Virus record (IMG/VR): IMGVR_UViG_3300023487_000099
Length of the DNA stretch: 5,393 nucleotides
DNA from: a virus
Lineage: Duplodnaviria; Heunggongvirae; Uroviricota; Caudoviricetes
Strand: one strand, 5' to 3'
Below are positions 1-5,393 of this stretch, piece after piece. The notes beneath the pieces were generated by a model. It did no database searches. It was given only the letters and a program-made list of their open reading frames with translations, and had not been told where the DNA came from. Numbering within the stretch: the first letter of the stretch is position 1; every line of letters starts with the position of its first letter. The translations under genes were made by a program, and so were the position numbers.

Positions 1-2
1 TG

Positions 3-503
<501 letters not shown>

Positions 504-521
504 ATTTTATAACCCAGAACG

Positions 522-548
522 GGCGTCAGAAATGACGCCTTTTTTATT
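522..548 (+). terminator. Rho-independent terminator between J and lom
   Basis: GGCGTCA (522-528) / loop GAAA / TGACGCC (533-539) forms a perfect 7-bp GC-rich stem, followed directly by TTTTTTATT (540-548). Confidence 0.7.
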
Positions 549-558
549 GCAGAAAAGC

Positions 559-564
559 GAGAGG
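559..564 (+). promoter_or_regulatory. Shine-Dalgarno for lom
   Basis: GAGAGG lies 5 nt upstream of the ATG at 570. Confidence 0.6.
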
Positions 565-569
565 TAATT

Positions 570-1169
570 ATGCGTAAAGTTTGTGCAGCCATTTTGTCCG
601 CAGCCATCTGTCTGGCCGTATCCGGTGCGCCTGCATGGGCGTCTGAACATCAGTCCACGCTGAGCGCGGGGTATCTTCATGCCTTGACGAACGTTCCCGG
701 CAGCGATGATCTTAACGGGATTAACGTGAAATACCGTTATGAGTTTACGGACACACTGGGGCTGGTGACGTCATTCAGCTATGCAGGAGACAAGAATCGC
801 CAGCTGACCCGTTACAGCGATACCCGCTGGCATGAAGATTCCGTTCGTAACCGCTGGTTCAGCGTAATGGCGGGGCCGTCTGTGCGCGTGAATGAATGGT
901 TCAGCGCGTATGCGATGGCGGGTATGGCTTACAGCCGTGTGTCGACTTTCTCCGGGGATTATATCCGCGTAACTGACAACAAGGGGAAAACGCACGATGT
1001 GCTGACCGGAAGTGATGACGGTCGCCACAGCAACACGTCTCTGGCGTGGGGAGCTGGCGTGCAGTTTAACCCGACCGAATCCGTGGCCGTTGACGTCGCT
1101 TATGAAGGCTCCGGCAGCGGTGACTGGCGTACCAACAGTTTCATCGTTGGTGTCGGTTATAAATTCTGA
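570..1169 (+). CDS. lom: Lom outer-membrane protein (Ail/Lom/PagC/Rck family 8-stranded beta-barrel), 199 aa
   Basis: N-terminal signal peptide MRKVCAAILSAAICLAVSGAPAWA with an AWA|SE cleavage-like site. The C-terminus …AYEGSGSGDWRTNSFIVGVGYKF ends in the aromatic residue typical of OMP barrels and matches lambda Lom as I recall it. Position between J and stf is as in lambda. Good SD; stop TGA at 1167-1169. Confidence 0.92.
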   Translation: MRKVCAAILSAAICLAVSGAPAWASEHQSTLSAGYLHALTNVPGSDDLNGINVKYRYEFTDTLGLVTSFSYAGDKNRQLTRYSDTRWHEDSVRNRWFSVMAGPSVRVNEWFSAYAMAGMAYSRVSTFSGDYIRVTDNKGKTHDVLTGSDDGRHSNTSLAWGAGVQFNPTESVAVDVAYEGSGSGDWRTNSFIVGVGYKF

Positions 1170-1196
1170 TTAGCCAGGTAACACAGTGTTATGACA

Positions 1197-1222
1197 GCCC
1201 GCCGGTTCAGGCGGGCTTTTTT
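1197..1222 (+). terminator. Rho-independent terminator downstream of lom
   Basis: GCCCGCC (1197-1203) / loop GGTTCA / GGCGGGC (1210-1216), followed by TTTTTT (1217-1222). Confidence 0.75.
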
Positions 1223-1233
1223 GTGGGGTGAAT

Positions 1234-4200
1234 ATGGCAGTAAAGATTTCAGGTGTACTGAAAGACGGCACAGGAAAACCGGTACAGAACTGCACAATCC
1301 AGCTGAAAGCAAAACGTAACAGCACCACGGTGGTGGTGAACACGCTGGCCTCAGAAAATCCGGATGAAGCCGGGCGTTACAGCATGGACGTTGAGTACGG
1401 GCAGTACAGCGTTATTCTGTTGGTGGAGGGATTCCCGCCGTCACATGCCGGGACCATCACCGTGTATGAAGATTCCCGACCCGGTACGCTGAATGATTTT
1501 CTCGGTGCCATGACGGAGGATGATGCCCGTCCTGAGGCACTGCGCCGTTTTGAACTGATGGTGGAAGAGGTGGCGCGTAACGCGTCCGCGGTGGCACAGA
1601 ACACGGCAGCCGCGAAGAAGTCAGCCAGCGATGCCGGCACATCAGCCCGTGAGGCGGCAACCCATGCGACTGATGCTGCAGGCTCAGCAAGCGCAGCCAG
1701 CACGTCAGCCGGACAGGCCGCGTCGTCGGCTCAGTCAGCATCTTCCAGCGCAGGAACGGCATCAACAAAGGCCAGTGAAGCATCGAAAAGTGCTGCTGCT
1801 GCAGAGTCCTCAAAAAGCGCGGCAGCTACCAGTGCCGCTGCGGCGAAAACGTCAGAAACGAATGCGGCAGCGTCACAACAATCAGCAGCCACTTCTGCAT
1901 CCGCCGCGACCACGAAGGCGTCAGAAGCAGCCACCTCAGCCCGGGATGCGGCGGCCTCAAAAGAAACGAACGCATCATCGAGCGCCAGTAGTGCCGCTTC
2001 CTCGGCAACGGCGGCAGGCAATTCCGCGAAGGCGGCAAAGACGTCTGAGACAAACGCCAGGTCTTCTGAAACGGCAGCGGAACAGAGTGCCTCAGCTGCG
2101 GCAGGCTCAAAAACAGCGGCTGCGTCGTCTGCCAGTGCAGCGTCAACAAGTGCCGGGCAGGCCTCAGCCAGTGCTAGCGCCGCCGGAAAATCGGCAGAAA
2201 GCGCCGCATCGTCCGCTTCAACAGCCACAACGAAGGCTGGCGAAGCCACTGAACAGGCCAGCGCAGCAGCGAGGTCTGCTTCCGCAGCGAAGACATCCGA
2301 GACGAACGCGAAAGCGTCGGAAACCAGCGCAGAATCCTCAAAAACGGCTGCCGCATCGTCCGCCAGTTCGGCGGCGTCATCGGCATCATCGGCGTCTGCT
2401 TCAAAAGATGAGGCGACCAGACAGGCATCAGCAGCGAAAGGCAGCGCCACGACGGCATCCACGAAGGCGACAGAGGCAGCTGGTAGTGCGACGGCAGCAG
2501 CTCAGAGCAAAAGTACGGCAGAATCTGCAGCAACGCGCGCTGAGACAGCGGCAAAACGGGCAGAGGATATTGCATCCGCCGTGGCGCTTGAGGATGCGAG
2601 CACGACGAAAAAGGGGATAGTACAGCTCAGCAGTGCGACCAACAGCACGTCTGAAACGCTGGCGGCAACGCCAAAGGCAGTAAAAGCAGCCTATGACAAT
2701 GCAGAGAAACGTCTGCAGAAAGACCAGAACGGCGCTGATATACCTGATAAGGGACGCTTCCTGAACAACATTAACGCGGTCAGTAAAACAGACTTTGCTG
2801 ATAAGCGTGGTATGCGTTATGTGCGGGTTAACGCTCCTGCAGGTGCAACATCTGGAAAATATTACCCTGTTGCTGTTATGCGTTCTGCTGGCTCAGTAAG
2901 CGAACTGGCATCAAGGGTCATTATCACCACGGCAACGCGAACCGCAGGCGATCCGATGAATAACTGCGAGTTTAACGGATTTGTTATGCCTGGTGGCTGG
3001 ACTGACAGGGGGCGTTATGCTTATGGAATGTTCTGGCAATATCAAAACAATGAACGAGCCATCCACTCAATAATGATGAGTAATAAGGGCGATGATTTGC
3101 GCTCTGTGTTCTATGTTGATGGCGCTGCTTTCCCTGTTTTTGCGTTTATCGAAGATGGCCTGTCAATATCCGCACCTGGTGCTGATCTCGTTGTTAATGA
3201 TACGACCTATAAGTTTGGGGCAACAAATCCGGCGACTGAATGTATCGCGGCGGACGTTATCCTTGATTTTAAGAGTGGGCGTGGTTTTTATGAGTCTCAT
3301 TCGTTAATCGTTAACGATAACTTGTCGTGCAAAAAACTTTTTGCCACAGACGAAATTGTAGCGCGTGGTGGTAATCAGATTCGAATGATAGGTGGGGAGT
3401 ATGGGGCATTATGGCGTAATGATGGCGCTAAAACTTACCTGCTGCTTACCAATCAAGGTGATGTTTATGGTGGCTGGAATACATTAAGACCGTTTGCTAT
3501 TGATAACGCAACCGGCGAACTGGTTATTGGAACCAAACTGTCCGCAAGTCTGAACGGTAATGCATTAACAGCAACAAAGCTGCAAACGCCAAGACGGGTT
3601 TCTGGTGTTGAGTTTGATGGTTCCAAAGATATTACTTTAACCGCCGCGCATGTGGCTGCTTTTGCCAGAAGGGCAACGGATACATATGCCGATGCGGATG
3701 GGGGCGTTCCCTGGAATGCCGAATCAGGCGCTTATAAGGTCACCCGCTCTGGCGACAGCTATATTCTGGTTAACTTCTATACCGTAGTCGGAAGTTGCCG
3801 GACCCTGCAGATGAAGGCGCATTACAGAAATGGTGGTCTGTTCTACCGTTCTTCAAGAGACGGTTATGGTTTTGAGGAAGACTGGGCAGAAGTTTATACT
3901 TCGAAAAATCTTCCACCAGAAAGCTACCCAGTCGGCGCACCAATCCCGTGGCCATCAGATACCGTTCCGTCTGGTTATGCCCTGATGCAGGGGCAGACTT
4001 TTGACAAATCTGCCTACCCGAAACTTGCAGCCGCTTATCCGTCAGGCGTGATCCCTGATATGCGTGGCTGGACGATTAAGGGCAAGCCCGCCAGTGGTCG
4101 TGCCGTATTGTCACAGGAACAGGACGGCATTAAATCGCACACCCACAGCGCCAGCGCATCCAGTACGGATTTGGGGACGAAAACCACATCGTCGTTTGAT

Positions 4201-4566
4201 TACGGCACTAAATCCACGAATAACACTGGTGCGCATATCCATAGTGTTAGCGGTACGGCTGCTTCAGCCGGTGCACATACCCATTCGATGACATTTGTTT
4301 CAGGTGGTTCCAGTGGTGCTCCGGGAAGTGGATCACCTGATTATTCTAAATACAGTGTTAACACTTCTTCTGCAGGCGCTCATACGCACTCTGTATCGGG
4401 TACTGCTGCAAGCGCAGGTGCACACGCACATACTGTCGGTATTGGTGCTCATACGCACTCCGTTGCGATTGGTTCACATGGACATACCATCACCGTTAAC
4501 GCTGCTGGTAACGCGGAAAACACCGTCAAAAACATCGCATTTAACTATATTGTGAGGCTTGCATAA
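1234..4566 (+). CDS. stf: Side tail fibre protein Stf (long, ~1110 aa, Rac StfR-like)
   Basis: N-terminus [37 protein letters not shown]… is the conserved lambda Stf N-terminal domain. A conserved fibre motif [25 protein letters not shown] follows the repeat block. The C-terminal part has the collar-like motif GAPIPWPSD…[17 protein letters not shown], then His-X-His repeats, and ends …[11 protein letters not shown] as lambda Stf does. The track starts the ORF at GTG 1228, but ATG 1234 reproduces the lambda N-terminus and has GGGG upstream. Stop TAA at 4564-4566. Confidence 0.93.
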   Translation: MAVKISGVLKDGTGKPVQNCTIQLKAKRNSTTVVVNTLASENPDEAGRYSMDVEYGQYSVILLVEGFPPSHAGTITVYEDSRPGTLNDFLGAMTEDDARPEALRRFELMVEEVARNASAVAQNTAAAKKSASDAGTSAREAATHATDAAGSASAASTSAGQAASSAQSASSSAGTASTKASEASKSAAAAESSKSAAATSAAAAKTSETNAAASQQSAATSASAATTKASEAATSARDAAASKETNASSSASSAASSATAAGNSAKAAKTSETNARSSETAAEQSASAAAGSKTAAASSASAASTSAGQASASASAAGKSAESAASSASTATTKAGEATEQASAAARSASAAKTSETNAKASETSAESSKTAAASSASSAASSASSASASKDEATRQASAAKGSATTASTKATEAAGSATAAAQSKSTAESAATRAETAAKRAEDIASAVALEDASTTKKGIVQLSSATNSTSETLAATPKAVKAAYDNAEKRLQKDQNGADIPDKGRFLNNINAVSKTDFADKRGMRYVRVNAPAGATSGKYYPVAVMRSAGSVSELASRVIITTATRTAGDPMNNCEFNGFVMPGGWTDRGRYAYGMFWQYQNNERAIHSIMMSNKGDDLRSVFYVDGAAFPVFAFIEDGLSISAPGADLVVNDTTYKFGATNPATECIAADVILDFKSGRGFYESHSLIVNDNLSCKKLFATDEIVARGGNQIRMIGGEYGALWRNDGAKTYLLLTNQGDVYGGWNTLRPFAIDNATGELVIGTKLSASLNGNALTATKLQTPRRVSGVEFDGSKDITLTAAHVAAFARRATDTYADADGGVPWNAESGAYKVTRSGDSYILVNFYTVVGSCRTLQMKAHYRNGGLFYRSSRDGYGFEEDWAEVYTSKNLPPESYPVGAPIPWPSDTVPSGYALMQGQTFDKSAYPKLAAAYPSGVIPDMRGWTIKGKPASGRAVLSQEQDGIKSHTHSASASSTDLGTKTTSSFDYGTKSTNNTGAHIHSVSGTAASAGAHTHSMTFVSGGSSGAPGSGSPDYSKYSVNTSSAGAHTHSVSGTAASAGAHAHTVGIGAHTHSVAIGSHGHTITVNAAGNAENTVKNIAFNYIVRLA
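1579..2605 (+). repeat. Ala/Ser/Thr-rich low-complexity imperfect tandem-repeat block inside stf (fibre shaft)
   Basis: About 340 codons are dominated by A/S/T/K/E. The heptapeptide KTSETNA recurs at nt 1848-1868, 2038-2058 and 2290-2310, and phrases such as [16 protein letters not shown] and TKA(S/G/T)EA recur. Hand-counted GC is about 65% in one 60-bp line (2161-2220), reflecting GCN/AGC codons. Confidence 0.7.
4138..4485 (+). repeat. Seven His-X-His motifs in the Stf C-terminal tip (predicted metal-binding needle domain)
   Basis: Translation contains SHTHS, GAHIHS, GAHTHS, GAHTHS, GAHAHT, GAHTHS and SHGHT, which is seven HxH motifs between nt 4138 and 4485. Confidence 0.7.
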
Positions 4567-5141
4567 TGGCATTCAGAATGAGTGAACAACCACGGACCAT
4601 AAAAATTTATAATCTGCTGGCCGGAACTAATGAATTTATTGGTGAAGGTGACGCATATATTCCGCCTCATACAGGTCTGCCAGCAAACAGTACCGATATT
4701 GCACCGCCAGATATTCCGGCTGGCTTTGTGGCTGTTTTCAACAGTGATGAGGCATCGTGGCATCTCGTTGAAGACCATCGGGGTAAAACGGTTTATGACG
4801 TAGCGTCAGGGGACGAGTTATTTATTTCTGAACTCGGTCCGTTACCGGAAAATGTTACCTGGTTATCGCCGGAAGGGGAGTTTCAGAAGTGGAACGGCAC
4901 AGCCTGGGTGAAGGATACGGAAGCAGAAAAACTGTTCCGGATCCGGGAGGCGGAAGAAACAAAAAACAGCCTGATGCAGGTAGCCAGTGAGCATATTGCG
5001 CCGCTTCAGGATGCTGCAGATCTGGAAATTGCAACGGAGGAAGAAATCTCGTTGCTGGAAGCATGGAAAAAGTATCGGGTATTGCTGAACCGTGTTGATA
5101 CGTCAACTTCACAGGATATTGAATGGCCAGCACTGCCGTAG
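4566..5141 (+). CDS. tfa: Tail fibre assembly protein Tfa (chaperone), 191 aa
   Basis: [54 protein letters not shown]… matches lambda Tfa nearly residue for residue as I recall it. The ATG at 4566-4568 overlaps the stf TAA (TAATG), with GAGG at 4554-4557. Stop TAG at 5139-5141. Confidence 0.9.
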   Translation: MAFRMSEQPRTIKIYNLLAGTNEFIGEGDAYIPPHTGLPANSTDIAPPDIPAGFVAVFNSDEASWHLVEDHRGKTVYDVASGDELFISELGPLPENVTWLSPEGEFQKWNGTAWVKDTEAEKLFRIREAEETKNSLMQVASEHIAPLQDAADLEIATEEEISLLEAWKKYRVLLNRVDTSTSQDIEWPALP

Positions 5142-5238
5142 GGTAAAACATATAAATTCTATAATTAGATGTATCTTTCCATTTACGGCAAGGAAGGGGG
5201 CTTGGAAGACGTAAAGCATCTCACACCGAGATTATTTT

Positions 5239-5393
5239 TTATATGTCAGGTGTCTGAAGTTTTGCTTTGGCTCTTAAAATGGTTTGCCGCGAGGTTTTGA
5301 ATTCCCGGGCAATGGCACTTATACTTACACTTGACTTAATTCGTTCGAATACCACCTGTTTCTGTTCTTCATTTAACACAGGTGGTCGACCAA
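5239..5393 (-). CDS. pin: Serine recombinase, Pin/Hin/Gin-like DNA invertase, C-terminal HTH domain only (3' end; gene continues beyond the window end)
   Basis: Minus-strand translation of 5391→5239 reads [50 protein letters not shown]. The GRP…helix-turn-helix tail is typical of small serine recombinases and invertases, and it is convergent with tfa, as pinR follows stfR-tfaR in Rac to my recollection. Only 50 codons are visible, so the call rests on the C-terminal domain alone. Confidence 0.72.
   Translation of the reverse strand, partial: GRPPVLNEEQKQVVFERIKSSVSISAIAREFKTSRQTILRAKAKLQTPDI

Noticed and set aside
1228-1233. GTG at 1228 as the stf start codon (the track gives MNMAVK…)
   Set aside because: ATG at 1234 gives [12 protein letters not shown]…, the lambda Stf N-terminus as I recall it, and is better spaced from the GGGG Shine-Dalgarno-like element. 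GTG 1228 is only 5 nt after the terminator T-tract.
1377-2575. Minus-strand ORFs antisense to stf (1377..1703, 1457..1813, 1731..2462, 1826..2149, 2174..2575)
   Set aside because: All are embedded antisense to the repeat region of a well-supported gene and have low-complexity, Ala/Asp/Leu/Pro-rich translations. They are frame shadows of the GC-rich repeat block.
1579-2605. Possibility that the periodic repeats represent a CRISPR array or non-coding satellite
   Set aside because: The repeats are imperfect, in frame, and translate to a continuous Ala/Ser/Thr-rich polypeptide within stf. There is no repeat-spacer regularity.
1631-2620. 329-aa extremely Arg/Gln/Pro-rich ORF on the plus strand
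   Set aside because: It is an alternative frame of the Ala/Ser-rich stf repeat block. GCN-rich sequence lacks stops in the shifted frame. It has no plausible SD and a non-protein-like composition.
3092-5151. Small ORFs embedded in stf or tfa (3092..3307, 4064..4291 and 4295..4555 on plus; 3770..3955, 4545..4778 and 4855..5151 on minus)
   Set aside because: Each is fully contained in, or antisense to, a strongly supported fibre gene, and the translations are hydrophobic or low-complexity with no start signals.
5160-5165. Perfect TATAAT hexamer downstream of tfa
   Set aside because: I found no suitably spaced -35 element (the nearest TTGAAT, at 5119-5124, is about 35 bp away). The region is AT-rich and no plus-strand gene follows, so it is probably fortuitous.
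5169-5294. 41-codon ORF ([43 protein letters not shown]) in the tfa-pin intergenic region, running into pin on the opposite strand
   Set aside because: There is no Shine-Dalgarno sequence, it overlaps the recombinase 3' end antisense, and it lies in AT-rich DNA where short ORFs arise by chance.
5142-5300. Searched for a gix/hix/cix-like 26-bp invertase crossover site (AAACC…GGTTT core) near the tfa-pin junction and in stf
   Set aside because: Only partial resemblances were seen (e.g. GGTTTTGAA at 5284-5292, inside the pin coding sequence). Nothing matched well enough by eye to call, and a proper motif search is needed.

Overview
This window is a lambdoid (lambda/Rac-like) prophage tail-fibre region of an enterobacterial genome, and I do not see evidence for a new system in it. 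Left to right: the 3' end of the tail-tip host-specificity gene J (frame open from nt 3, stop at 503); an intrinsic terminator; lom (Ail/PagC/Rck-family outer-membrane protein with a signal peptide); a second intrinsic terminator; a long side-tail-fibre gene stf (1234..4566); the tail-fibre assembly chaperone tfa (4566..5141), whose ATG overlaps the stf stop; and, convergent on the minus strand, the 3' end of a Pin/Hin/Gin-like serine recombinase (5239..window end). All protein identifications rest on my recollection of the lambda and Rac proteins and on reading the supplied translations; no database search was run. The points most worth follow-up are the stf-tfa-recombinase juxtaposition (possible but unproven fibre switching), the seven HxH motifs at the Stf tip, and two protein-level repeats in stf whose codons have diverged almost completely. 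Most other ORFs in the six-frame track are frame-shadow artefacts of the Ala/Ser-rich repeat block in stf.
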